Source: Promethearchaeota archaeon
GTDB lineage: Archaea; Asgardarchaeota; Lokiarchaeia; Sigyniarchaeales; SOKP01
Direction of reading: 5' to 3'
Length of the DNA stretch: 64,000 bases
NCBI GenBank assembly: GCA_011364925.1
Contig: RDOA01000003.1
Coordinates: 64,001-128,000 of the forward strand
Shown piece by piece: positions 1 to 9,854 of the stretch. Position 1 is the first letter of the stretch; each line of letters starts with the position of its first letter. The notes under the pieces are model-generated. The model was not told the DNA's origin and did no database searches. It saw nothing but the letters and a program-made list of their open reading frames with translations. The translations under genes and the position numbers were made by a program.

Positions 1-1031
1 AGAGATTTTCCATCTCTCGTATCCTTTTACATAAGTGGAAAAAGTATCCTGAAGCGGTTCCTTCCATTTTATTGGGATTTTCTCTGCACCCAATCGAGTC
101 CCAAGTATGGCACCAATCCACAGTTACAATCAGCATCGTATCCCATCATACCAGCAATGCAAATGGATCGACCAAACGAATCCTCCTTGTCATGATCGCC
201 ATACAAGAGTGATAAGATAATGATCCCGATATTTGGAAGCACGTGTATTTTTGATTCGTATCCTTTTAGTACTGTAGCTCTTTCAGTATTCGACGCAGGT
301 TCAAGATTAATGAAATCTTTCTTTATTTTGCTCCAGTGCTCGTAAATCAAGATTTCTCTTGCTTTTCTGAAATCGTTTGGATATAGTTCGTACATTTCAA
401 TAGCTTTTTTTACTGTTCTAGTGTATAAACTCTCATTTTCATTGGGCAAAAAGCGTAAAGCTTGTTCGATAGTTGTTCTAATATCTTTCTCAAAAAATGC
501 ATTAGAAATTAGAAGCGCTACAAATACCTCTCCTTCTATGCCAATGCCGGAGTGAGAGATCGAGCCATCCAATTCGCAATAATATTTAACAATTTCTGGA
601 CATCCAGGAGCAATTTGACCCCAAATATCTGCTCTCATTTGAGCCCCTATAAAATCGAAATATGGATTATTATAAGTTCCAGATTTTGGAGGTAAAATGC
701 CTGACTTTATGTTATTTAAAGCTACTTTTTCAGCGGTGAAAACTGCTTTGTCATACTTAAGTAGGCTTACCCATTCTAACGCGATGTCTTTTGATTTTAA
801 ATCTAATCCGTATTTTTCTAAAGCTAATAAAGCGATGATTTCATACATTTCATCGTCGTTAACAGCATTTAAATTGATTTCTTGAGGGTAGTAATCAATT
901 TCGCCATATCTTCTTGTAATAGTTTTAATTGTTCTTAATTCTAACGGTGCGCCAACGAAATCTCCTACAACTCTACCTATCCAAGATCCATGGACTCTTT
1001 CGTAGTATTCACTCGAAGTCAAATATTTCAT
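1..1031 (-). pseudogene. ADP-ribosylglycohydrolase (DraG/ARH) family protein, frameshifted near nt 117-119; true C-terminus runs off the window start
   Basis: Motifs GDFVGAPLE, NDDEMY, GAQMRAD, SH, DADCNCG. After DADCNCG the expected continuation (IGAILGTRLGAEKIPIKWKEPLQDTF...) lies in the adjacent frame and is open to nt 1. Confidence 0.75.
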
Positions 1032-1138
1032 GATGCTCGAAATTTATTTAATCTAAATGTAATTACAATTAATTCCAGATAATAAATAAAATAAAGCTCA
1101 ATAAAAAAAAATATAGTTATTATCTATATCTATAATAA

Positions 1139-2626
1139 CTATTCTATGTATCTATTGTATCTTGTGAAATATACAGCATAGATAAAGAAAATTAGCATAG
1201 AGACGTACGCCATCCAATGATAACTTGGTGGCAATAAATAGACTTGAAGAATCATCGCAATAAAGCTACAAACGAGAAACGCTGTCCATACGAGTACTAT
1301 CAATCTAGGTATCGGTCTTTTTATTGTTAAATGCACAATAAAAGCAGCAATTGCATAACACATAATCACTATAAGAGAGATTGGAATCCAAAATCCTTGT
1401 AACCAAAATACAAACAATAGTGTACACGCAAAAAGTATGAAGAAATTCAAGTAATACAAGATTTTTCTGAAAATGTCTTTCTGATTATCAATTTTATACC
1501 ACCCTACGCCGAACCAAACAAATAGAATCCATACAGCTACTAAGTCTATTAAGTCGTAAGGATTGAAGGGAGCATCCATCAAATAATGAGTGCCCCACCA
1601 TGCAGTGATCATTCCGTATCCTAATATCTGAGTGAGCAAAATGTGATATGTTGAGTTACTTATAAGGGATATTTTCCTTGAAATCCACGATTTTGAAGTT
1701 TTAGGCAGTAAATTGAGCGCCAGCAAAACTAAGAACGCTGAATACGGAAAGACTAGAAGAGTATAATCTCCTCTAAGGAAGCGTTCACCCCCAATAATAA
1801 TGCGATAGTCAAAAAACTGATAGTCAATTATATACCCCAAACTTATTGGCAGCAAAACTAATATTACAACCCAAATGTGTACATCTCTTTTTTTAGTTAG
1901 TTTATAACCAAGCGAAAGCCACAGACCTAATCCAACAGCTGAAAGATAATAGGGTAAGCTACTCGCGAACATCGTGTACAGGTACACTTCCTCCCAAGAT
2001 GAATACGGAGAGCCAATCTGAGCGAAAAATACAATTAATTGCATTATAATTTCCACAACAAAAGTTAAAATCAATGTTAAAATTGGTGCTAAAATTCGAC
2101 TTCTCGTGAAAAGCCAATAAAGGAATGGGACAATGAGAATCGATTGAAATAAAACTGGAATGAACCAATTACCAGGTCCCCAAAAAGGCATGTACAAGTA
2201 AAACAGGTTGATAAATCCGTGATTATGATTAAGGTATTGGTTGTTATACATCAATTCAAAATCGAATCCATACATAAATAATCCAATAAATGTGGATACA
2301 GCATACAGAATGGCAAACGGGACGATGTAGCGCAAAATTTTACTCTTGAAATATCTCCAGGAATATACTTGCTTTAAAGAAGAAGCGCCGTGCCTTCTAA
2401 ATGAATGCCCCATGTTAAATCCAAGGATTACTAAAAAGACGGGTATGGAAATTCTTTCCCAGAGAGCAACCCCAAGATCATTTTTGATGTTCCAAGATAC
2501 CATGTGATCAAAAATAACTAAAAAGATCATTAGTGCTTTTAAAAAATCGATCTGAAAGAAGTGCGTGTCTCTTGAGGGTGAAGTTTCTTCATCTAGTTTA
2601 ATGATTGGAGGATCAATTTCATTCAT
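1139..2626 (-). CDS. Acyltransferase family 3 (OafA/YrhL-like) multi-pass membrane protein
   Basis: N-terminal QIDFLKALMIFLVIFDH, IPVFLVILG, WFIPVL, STYHILLTQ motifs; many TM helices. Confidence 0.8.
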   Translation of the reverse strand: MNEIDPPIIKLDEETSPSRDTHFFQIDFLKALMIFLVIFDHMVSWNIKNDLGVALWERISIPVFLVILGFNMGHSFRRHGASSLKQVYSWRYFKSKILRYIVPFAILYAVSTFIGLFMYGFDFELMYNNQYLNHNHGFINLFYLYMPFWGPGNWFIPVLFQSILIVPFLYWLFTRSRILAPILTLILTFVVEIIMQLIVFFAQIGSPYSSWEEVYLYTMFASSLPYYLSAVGLGLWLSLGYKLTKKRDVHIWVVILVLLPISLGYIIDYQFFDYRIIIGGERFLRGDYTLLVFPYSAFLVLLALNLLPKTSKSWISRKISLISNSTYHILLTQILGYGMITAWWGTHYLMDAPFNPYDLIDLVAVWILFVWFGVGWYKIDNQKDIFRKILYYLNFFILFACTLLFVFWLQGFWIPISLIVIMCYAIAAFIVHLTIKRPIPRLIVLVWTAFLVCSFIAMILQVYLLPPSYHWMAYVSMLIFFIYAVYFTRYNRYIE

Positions 2627-2947
2627 TTTTTATATCACTCTATTTTAGTTGTAATTTCGTTAAAAAATTGTTAATAACTCTTAACCATATGTAATTTTTT
2701 AATGTTAAAGGAGTCCGATTTTTAAAATCAAACTTAAAAATTATTTTATTAAAGTAAGGTATTGTAGTCAATTAAAAAAAATTCCCTTTTGATACTATTT
2801 TTATTTTATCAAATCATTAATGTTTGAGTTCGGCGAGAATAAAATCTACAACATACTGGCTAAGAAGTTATAGAAGTATTATGATAAATTATTTTCCATG
2901 GAATGATTTCCAGCGTGTCAACATTGAACTGATATCACATCCCCAAA

Positions 2948-3355
2948 TTAGATCTTATTCCAATCGTTCACAATGAGATCATCAATACGCTCGAAATGTT
3001 TAATATTTCCAGTATATAGGGATTCTTGATGAATAATACAAATACTAGCAATCAATTCATCTATAATCCCGATAGTTTGACCTCTTTTTTTAAGATCGGA
3101 AGAAAGTTTAGCAAATTCTTCTGCTGAGTCGTTTTCAAATAAAAATATTTCATCTAAAGCATCGACTAGTAATTTAACTTTCATTAGTCCTTTAGCAACG
3201 TTTTTCATAGAATAACAACCCTTGTATAATTCAGCTACATTGAAAATTGTTGTATTCAAAGATTCCTTTTCTTTTTTTAGATTATTAATTTTTGTATAGC
3301 TATCATTCTTACCCCTAAGATAATAAACTAAAACATCTGTGTCTAATACTGCCAT
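2948..3355 (-). CDS. vapC: PIN-domain toxin (VapC)
   Basis: VLDTDVLV, AELYKG, DELIASI, TGNIKHF PIN motifs; directly downstream of an antitoxin. Confidence 0.9.
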   Translation of the reverse strand: MAVLDTDVLVYYLRGKNDSYTKINNLKKEKESLNTTIFNVAELYKGCYSMKNVAKGLMKVKLLVDALDEIFLFENDSAEEFAKLSSDLKKRGQTIGIIDELIASICIIHQESLYTGNIKHFERIDDLIVNDWNKI

Positions 3356-3366
3356 TTACTATCTCC

Positions 3367-3594
3367 TCAAATTCTAGCCGGTCTTCTTCGTTCTTGGTAC
3401 AAATCTTCTACGATTGTGTCCCATTCATCATCCTCTTTGAAAATCCCGGCTAAATCTTCTAACAATTTCTTTCTTGATTTTGATCTTTTTAATAATCTAT
3501 TTATTAAATCTGCAAAAGATTCTCCTTTCCGCTTTTCTTTACGCAGTCTATCGTATGTTTCAAGAGGTAATGATATCGTTTTATTTGCCATCAT
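3367..3594 (-). CDS. vapB: Archaeal VapB-family antitoxin (DUF217-like)
   Basis: KTISLPLETYDRL...GESFADLINRLL pattern; 11 bp upstream of the PIN gene. Confidence 0.85.
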   Translation of the reverse strand: MMANKTISLPLETYDRLRKEKRKGESFADLINRLLKRSKSRKKLLEDLAGIFKEDDEWDTIVEDLYQERRRPARI

Positions 3595-3731
3595 ATAATT
3601 ATAGTTATAAATTATATATATAAACTTGTATTGGATGATATTAACATCAGCAATCTATAAATTTAAGAGCATTATATTAATTTAAACATTAAAAAATAAT
3701 CAAAAAATGTGAGAATAAACTGAAATCTAAT

Positions 3732-4124
3732 TTGCATCACGCTCATCTTTTCGCGTCTAATCTTGACGAGAGCATTAAATTTTACCGAGAAATGTTTGGG
3801 GCAGAAGTTCTTTTTGATCTTGAATTAGCAGGAGCAAGAAATGTAATGATTGCCATTGGTTCATCAAAAATCAACTTTTACGATCAACCTCCCAAAGACA
3901 ATGGTAAGGGAGCTGTGCACCACCTTGGGATTGAAACAGATGATCTTGAAGCGCTTGTTGAACATATGAAGAACATCGGATTTGAATTCAGAAAGTCAAT
4001 TAAAAGTGTAGGTACTTTGAGGTATGTTATGGCTGAAGCACCGGACCATGTGCTTCTAGAGCTTTTTGAAGTTCTAAAAGATAAAGTTCCTGAGGATTTG
4101 TATAGTAAAATTTCCTCTTTATAA
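3732..4124 (+). CDS. VOC/glyoxalase family protein
   Basis: HHAHL...SIKFYREMFG, HHLGIETDDLE, APDHVLLELFE; start may be a few codons upstream (CTG at 3720). Confidence 0.85.
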   Translation: MHHAHLFASNLDESIKFYREMFGAEVLFDLELAGARNVMIAIGSSKINFYDQPPKDNGKGAVHHLGIETDDLEALVEHMKNIGFEFRKSIKSVGTLRYVMAEAPDHVLLELFEVLKDKVPEDLYSKISSL

Positions 4125-4125
4125 C

Positions 4126-6039
4126 TTATTTCTGCTTGGCTTTTGTAAGAAATAAATCTGCTATTGCTAACCATTTTTGCTCGGTTTCAGCGTCGAGAGT
4201 ACTCTTTTTTGCTAAATTTTTACCTTCATCAAGGTTTTTAAGAGCTAAATCATACTTTTCAAGCGATTGATAACAAATTCCTAATTTAATATAAGTTTGA
4301 TAAATATACCAATCGTCGCTTCCAAGAACCATCGCTTTGAGAAATTTATTCACCGCTTCTTCGTAATCTTCAAAATACATTAATATTTCACCATATGTAT
4401 CTTGATAAAGTCCATTATTTGGTTCTTTTTTGGTAAGTTTCTGGATTAAGTTTAACGCTCCTTCTCTATCATCTAAGTATTGGAGCCAATAAGCTTTATA
4501 GCAAATAAGATCGTTATCATTTGGGTAGTTAGTGATTAATTCGTTAATGATTTCTAAACCAACTTCAACATTTTGCATTCTTCTAAGAACCGTTGCCTTT
4601 AATATTTTGAGATCTTTTTCATTTTCGGGAAATCTTTCCAGCAGGTCCTCTAGGTAATCTAAGGCTTCTCTATATTGATTAAAGTAGATTAAAATTCTAA
4701 GCTTCTGATAATATAAATTAAGATCACTTGGTTCCAGTTCAATTTTTTTCTCAATTTCCTGTATTTGTGGTTCTAATTGATCACCAAAAGATTTAGTCAT
4801 ATCTGATTGAAAAATAGTTGAAATTTTCTGCCAAATTATACCTTCTAGTTTATCGTAGCTCTCTTTTAATTTTCTTTTAGTCTCAATTTTATAAGCTAAA
4901 TAATTGATATATTCCAATAAGAATTCTTTTAAGGAAGGCTTTAATTCAATATTAAACAAGAACTCACAGCTCTTTTCTGCAATATCGTCTATAATAGATT
5001 CTACATCAGATCTAGGAAAAATTGGAGTGGATTTTGAAAAAAGTTTATTCAAATAGAAAAATTTAGCCAAGCTCTCCTCAATCAATGCGCGCAACATACT
5101 TTCTATTTTTCCTCCTGATTGAAAATAATAGTGTTCACCAGAAGAATGCCTTAATTCAAAAAATCTCAAAGGATATATTCTCCCCTCAGATATTTCAATT
5201 ATATAATAATCGAGCGTCGTTTTTTTAATATCATAGCGTTTTGAGAAATCTTCGGAGGAAATAGAGTTTGGATAGTTATCAGGATGATTAATTGAAAAGA
5301 AGAGTATAATTTTGTGAAACGAGCCCTCGTCTTTCAATAGCGGTTTAACTTTTTCGTAATCTAAAATTAAAATGTAGTTGAGAAATCTGAATTGAATATC
5401 CTTGTCTTTAATTTTATATTTATCAAAAAAATTGAGCGTTTTTTCCGTAATTTCTTCGATCCTTTTACCTTCCTCCTCTAAAATAGTTTGTCTATCCAAG
5501 TCGTAATTTTTAAGCATCCGTGAGTATTCAGATTTACCTAATCGGGTAATTGTATACTTTCCATCCTCTTTTACGATATTACCCTTTTCGATTAATGTAC
5601 TTAAATTCTTAGACAACGAAGATTGATTAATTGAAAGTGGTTCTTCAAGAAATTCAGACCTTCTACAGAAATTATTATTGTAGACCATCCAAAGAATCCA
5701 GTGAGTGTAATTTCTTCCACTCTTTAAAAGCACATCAGGTGGATAATTTAGTATGCGTGCTTTTTTCTTTGCGCTTGAGAGTTCGTTAAATTTCTTTTTT
5801 CCATCTGATGTGATTCTATAATGTCCTCTTGTGACTTTTTCAATAAATCCCTTACGTTGTAGGGGTTCCAAATGCCTAGAAAGCGTTCCTGGTGGAATCT
5901 TGAGCGGATCCTGACAGAAATCTGCCCATTTACACATTTCATTGTTGGTCAACATCCAGAGAATAATATGGTCATAATTAGGTCTATTCCACTTAGAAGG
6001 GGTATAAATCTTGTCTGGAGGGTAATTTACATTTTCCAT
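4126..6039 (-). CDS. Tandem winged-helix + C-terminal TPR protein (putative transcription regulator), paralog 1
   Basis: Two N-terminal repeats (NYPPD...NY.H.ILWM..NN...TLSRHL/SLSKNL..L..KG...Y.IT..GK) with MarR/ArsR-like wHTH pattern; C-terminal TPRs (YQDTYGEILMYFEDYEEA, YIKLGICYQSL). Confidence 0.75.
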   Translation of the reverse strand: MENVNYPPDKIYTPSKWNRPNYDHIILWMLTNNEMCKWADFCQDPLKIPPGTLSRHLEPLQRKGFIEKVTRGHYRITSDGKKKFNELSSAKKKARILNYPPDVLLKSGRNYTHWILWMVYNNNFCRRSEFLEEPLSINQSSLSKNLSTLIEKGNIVKEDGKYTITRLGKSEYSRMLKNYDLDRQTILEEEGKRIEEITEKTLNFFDKYKIKDKDIQFRFLNYILILDYEKVKPLLKDEGSFHKIILFFSINHPDNYPNSISSEDFSKRYDIKKTTLDYYIIEISEGRIYPLRFFELRHSSGEHYYFQSGGKIESMLRALIEESLAKFFYLNKLFSKSTPIFPRSDVESIIDDIAEKSCEFLFNIELKPSLKEFLLEYINYLAYKIETKRKLKESYDKLEGIIWQKISTIFQSDMTKSFGDQLEPQIQEIEKKIELEPSDLNLYYQKLRILIYFNQYREALDYLEDLLERFPENEKDLKILKATVLRRMQNVEVGLEIINELITNYPNDNDLICYKAYWLQYLDDREGALNLIQKLTKKEPNNGLYQDTYGEILMYFEDYEEAVNKFLKAMVLGSDDWYIYQTYIKLGICYQSLEKYDLALKNLDEGKNLAKKSTLDAETEQKWLAIADLFLTKAKQK

Positions 6040-6128
6040 AATTTTAGAAAATTCGATGTTAATTATCTAATTTATAGATCGGGATCTTTCATATTTATAT
6101 CTTTTTTATCAAACCTTCGAAAAAAATC

Positions 6129-6209
6129 GATACTATCGTGAATCTATCGTGAGCGGAATTATAAATGGAACAATATCTGAAGAGCAATTAATCATCATAA
6201 AGATGATTA
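6129..6209 (+). promoter_or_regulatory. Conserved cargo-gene promoter element, copy 1
   Basis: GATACTATCGT/GAATCTATCGT direct repeats, TTATAAAT at 6159, TAATCATC-ATAAA-GATGATTA at 6189-6209. Confidence 0.75.
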
Positions 6210-6253
6210 TTTACCAAAAAAAAGTTGAATTAAAAAAATTATGTAAGGTGAAA

Positions 6254-6907
6254 ATGATAATGAAAAAAAAATCAAAAGTGATTAAAGGTTTTCTTGCAAC
6301 ATCATTTTTCATAACTATCATAGCAATTGTTCCATCGGCGTTAGCTTTTGATCCTAATCGCTTCTACTTCGTAGCAATAGGAGATGATCTAGATATCCCA
6401 AGAACTACTAATTTTATCATAGGGAAGATTGAATTCGGTGAAGATGGTGAACTCCCATCAGCGAGCATACTTTTCTATTCAAAAGTCCGTGATGAATCAA
6501 GAAAAGTCTATACGATGACAGGAATGCTCAACGAGGTATATTTTATTGATAAGAGCTTTTCATTTTTCTGCCCACTCTTTAAAGTCTGGTTTGTTAATGT
6601 GTGGCAAGTCATGGGTCAGGGAAAGTTTAGGACTACTGGTACCAGCCCCCAAGTATACTTTCGAGATTTGTTTACAATAACCATGCCAAATACTGGAGGT
6701 GAAGTTGTATCAGCACAGATTTTAGTGTTATTAAGCCCTACAGCTGAATATAGAGAGGGTGATCCCATAAATGGACCGACAGGACCAGTTAAAATTTGGG
6801 AACAAGGAAAATGGGCCCTTGCTGCGGTTATATGGTATGTTCCTGAAATTGATGATTATATGCCAATTGGTCCGATATCCGATATGACAATATTCATAGG
6901 AAGATGA
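6254..6907 (+). CDS. Exported hypothetical protein (signal peptide); start probably ATG 6254/6260 rather than 6149
   Basis: MKKKSKVIKGFLATSFFITIIAIVPSALA|F signal peptide with AxA site; the 6149 start lies inside the promoter element. Confidence 0.7.
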   Translation: MIMKKKSKVIKGFLATSFFITIIAIVPSALAFDPNRFYFVAIGDDLDIPRTTNFIIGKIEFGEDGELPSASILFYSKVRDESRKVYTMTGMLNEVYFIDKSFSFFCPLFKVWFVNVWQVMGQGKFRTTGTSPQVYFRDLFTITMPNTGGEVVSAQILVLLSPTAEYREGDPINGPTGPVKIWEQGKWALAAVIWYVPEIDDYMPIGPISDMTIFIGR

Positions 6908-7091
6908 ATCCTATAGTGCTAAATCAATCGTAACAGATAATAAATATATTTTAAATTCTTTTTTTTTTTATAATATCCTTTAGACTATTATTAATTTATT
7001 TACTCTTAAAGAGATTTTTGTCAAGAGAAATCTAATCCAATAATATATGAAATTAATAGAAAAGAATGTTAAGATCCATAATCTATTACAC

Positions 7092-7121
7092 TACATTTAA
7101 AACACTAATTAGCTTATAATA
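7092..7121 (+). promoter_or_regulatory. Conserved upstream motif of TPR-longin genes, copy A
   Basis: TACATTTAAAACACTAATTAGCTTATAATA; near-identical copies at 9779 and 11630, degenerate copy at 19005. Confidence 0.55.
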
Positions 7122-7153
7122 TTCATAGGTTTATTATCCAAACAGTTGAGTAT

Positions 7154-9103
7154 ATGTCCCATTCTGAACTAAATCAATTAGCAAGAGCGGAAGAACTTTT
7201 TGATGAAGGTGAGCTTGACAAGGCTTATGGGATCTTAAACGATCGGAGCCAATTTGAGGAGCTAAATCCCCAACAAAAAGAGCATTTCCAGTTTCTTAAG
7301 GGCTTAATTCTATTTTCCCAGTGGAAACATGTAGAGCTTTTTAAGCATGGTGAGGAAATATTTAAAGAAGGTCAAAACCTTAATGATAATCTCCAATCGC
7401 TTGATGGACTATTTTTTATAATCGCTGGATTAGGTCAAGCTAACAGATTTAAAGAAGCCATTCAAAAATTTGAAACTGCTGAAGTGCTATTAGAGCTTAG
7501 TTCTAATGAATCCAGAACCATTTTTACTCAAAGAAAAGCTCGGATGAGACTTCTAAAAGGATGGATTAATCTGGAGTCAAATAATCTAGATGTAGCAGAA
7601 AAGTGCTTAGATTGGGTCTTAAATTCCCAAAATGATCTGGGTAATACATTTGAAATTGTTTGGGCTACTTTATTGAAGGCACGACTTAAGTTTCAAGGAA
7701 AATTGATGTATAATCTCTGTGGAGAATACGCTAAGAAAGCTTTTTCAATGGCAAAACAAATTAAATTTAACCACTTCTGGATTGCTCTTTGTCAAGTGAT
7801 TTTAGGGGCGCTATATTCTAGTCTAGGCGAGATAGATATCAGTTTGAAATATTTCATGAAAAGTTTGGCGATATTTAGAAAAATCAAAAGCAATTATTGG
7901 ATTGCATTTGTGCTTAACGGCGTAGGCTGTATCTATTATGAACTTGGCAATTTCAAACTAAGTCTTAAATACTACGAAGAATGTTTATCAATTCATGAAA
8001 AATTAACTGGTTATCTGGTTCTACCTCTTTCTAATTTAGTTGAAGTGGCGCTTGAAATAGGTGATAATGAACTTGCTCGGCAATACTTCAATCGACTAAA
8101 AAATTTTTACAATCCAAAAGAAGATAGGCTAAGTGAATTAGCATACTTATCTACTAAGGCATTAATGCTAAAAAAGAGTCCTCGAATTCGCGATAAAGCA
8201 AAAGCTGAAGAGATATTTAGAAAAATCATAAACATTGATGCTTTATGGAGTGAATTTGTGATTCACGCAACAATTCATCTGTGTGACCTGCTTCTTTCAG
8301 AATATCATTTTACTAATAGTAATGAAGTACTTGAAGAGCTTAATCACTACATTGCTAAATTATTAACTATAGCGGAAAAAACACAATCATATACTTACTC
8401 TTGTAATACTTTCATATTACAAGCAAAACTAGCTTTAATAAAGTTTGATATAAAATCAGCTCGACGACTTTTTACTCAAGCACAGAAAATAGCGGAATCC
8501 AATGGGATGAACCGATTAGCAATGAAAATTTCACAGGAACACGATGAGTTAATCAAGCAAATAAAGGTATGGGAAATGTTAAAAGAATCAGAAGCGTCAT
8601 TATCTGAACGCTTTGAACTCGCTGGTTTAAGTAAGCAGATAGAAAGTATGGTGAAAAGGAGAATCATTGAAGTTCCAGAGCTTTCAGATGAAGAACCTGT
8701 GCTACTTTTAATAATTTCTGAGGGAGGCACACCATTTTTCTCACAATCTTTTAATGTGGAAAAATCATTCGAATCACACCTTTTTGGCGGCTTTTTGAGC
8801 ACTATAGATTACTTTATTAACGAGGTGTTTTCCGAAGGATTAGATCGCGCCGTATTCGGCGAACACACTCTTCTTATGAAGTCCGTTCCGCCTTTTTTTA
8901 TTGCCTATATATTTAAAGGTCAATCTTACTATGCTCTTCAAAAAATGAGTAGTTTCATTAGTAACCTCCAAAAAAATACTGATATTTGGAATAAATTACT
9001 TAGACATTTTCGAGCAAATCAGACTATTCAATTGAAAGATTTTCCTTTAATCGATTCCTTAATTACAAATACTTTTCTCGCAGGACATACATCTTCGAAA
9101 TAA
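7154..9103 (+). CDS. TPR protein with C-terminal longin-like domain, paralog 1
   Basis: TPR repeats; conserved LKKSPRIRDKAKAEEIF; C-terminal EEPVLLLIISEGGTPFFS...LFGGFLSTIDYF...LDRAVFGEHTLLMK...FIAYIFKG longin-like pattern. Confidence 0.75.
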   Translation: MSHSELNQLARAEELFDEGELDKAYGILNDRSQFEELNPQQKEHFQFLKGLILFSQWKHVELFKHGEEIFKEGQNLNDNLQSLDGLFFIIAGLGQANRFKEAIQKFETAEVLLELSSNESRTIFTQRKARMRLLKGWINLESNNLDVAEKCLDWVLNSQNDLGNTFEIVWATLLKARLKFQGKLMYNLCGEYAKKAFSMAKQIKFNHFWIALCQVILGALYSSLGEIDISLKYFMKSLAIFRKIKSNYWIAFVLNGVGCIYYELGNFKLSLKYYEECLSIHEKLTGYLVLPLSNLVEVALEIGDNELARQYFNRLKNFYNPKEDRLSELAYLSTKALMLKKSPRIRDKAKAEEIFRKIINIDALWSEFVIHATIHLCDLLLSEYHFTNSNEVLEELNHYIAKLLTIAEKTQSYTYSCNTFILQAKLALIKFDIKSARRLFTQAQKIAESNGMNRLAMKISQEHDELIKQIKVWEMLKESEASLSERFELAGLSKQIESMVKRRIIEVPELSDEEPVLLLIISEGGTPFFSQSFNVEKSFESHLFGGFLSTIDYFINEVFSEGLDRAVFGEHTLLMKSVPPFFIAYIFKGQSYYALQKMSSFISNLQKNTDIWNKLLRHFRANQTIQLKDFPLIDSLITNTFLAGHTSSK

Positions 9104-9166
9104 TTTTTAACTATGTTTTATTGCGTTCGAATTATTCCCAATTTTCAAGCTGTATCATAGAGAATT

Positions 9167-9246
9167 GAAACTATCGTGAAACTATCGCGAGCTCAATTAT
9201 AAATGCAACAATACCTCAAAATCTATTTAGTCATCGTAAAGATGAT
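9167..9246 (+). promoter_or_regulatory. Conserved cargo-gene promoter element, copy 2
   Basis: GAAACTATCGT/GAAACTATCGC, TTATAAAT at 9197, GTCATC-GTAAA-GATGAT at 9230-9246. Confidence 0.75.
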
Positions 9247-9282
9247 AAAATTGAGATTTCAATAAAAAAGCGGATTCAGAAA

Positions 9283-9678
9283 ATGACTGAAATTAAAAAA
9301 TTTACAAAAATCGTGCTTATAGTGGATGCTATTCTTTGGTTCATGTTTACGATATTCCTTATATTTATTTTTGATATGACTATGAATCCTGAGGGTTGGA
9401 CAAACCCCTATCTCCCAAAATTATTTGGGGGTGTTATTTTTGTATCTGCTATTTTCGCAATTTTAATGCTTCGTAAAAAAGAATGGGAAGAAATTAAACT
9501 GTTATTTGCGTATTTTATAGGGTTACTAATATCGACATTATTCTTTGAAGCTACTGTATTTGCTATTGTAGGATTTGCTTTTGGAACTCTAACGATTATG
9601 GTACATTCATTTAATATAACAGTAGAGGCTGTACTTCTAGCGCTTGCAATTATCAGCTGGATAAAACAAAGAGTATAA
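9283..9678 (+). CDS. Small 4-TM membrane protein of unknown function
   Basis: Four hydrophobic segments in 131 aa. Confidence 0.7.
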   Translation: MTEIKKFTKIVLIVDAILWFMFTIFLIFIFDMTMNPEGWTNPYLPKLFGGVIFVSAIFAILMLRKKEWEEIKLLFAYFIGLLISTLFFEATVFAIVGFAFGTLTIMVHSFNITVEAVLLALAIISWIKQRV

Positions 9679-9778
9679 AGCAAAAATCAAAATTAAATTT
9701 AAAAAATTTTTTTCTTTTTTTGACATTGAATATCCATTCTAATAGGTATTAGAATTTTAATAGCAGATTGGTGAACAT

Positions 9779-9808
9779 TATATTTAAAACCCAATTTAGC
9801 TTATATTA
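9779..9808 (+). promoter_or_regulatory. Conserved upstream motif of TPR-longin genes, copy B
   Basis: TATATTTAAAACCCAATTTAGCTTATATTA. Confidence 0.55.
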
Positions 9809-9854
9809 GTAATTATATCCAAAAATGTCTTAAATTAAAATGATTTTTGAGTAG

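Noticed and set aside
6149-6253. N-terminal extension of the 6149 ORF (and the 13503 start of the 13.5-kb ORF)
   Set aside because: These starts fall inside the conserved promoter/hairpin element; downstream starts give proper signal peptides.
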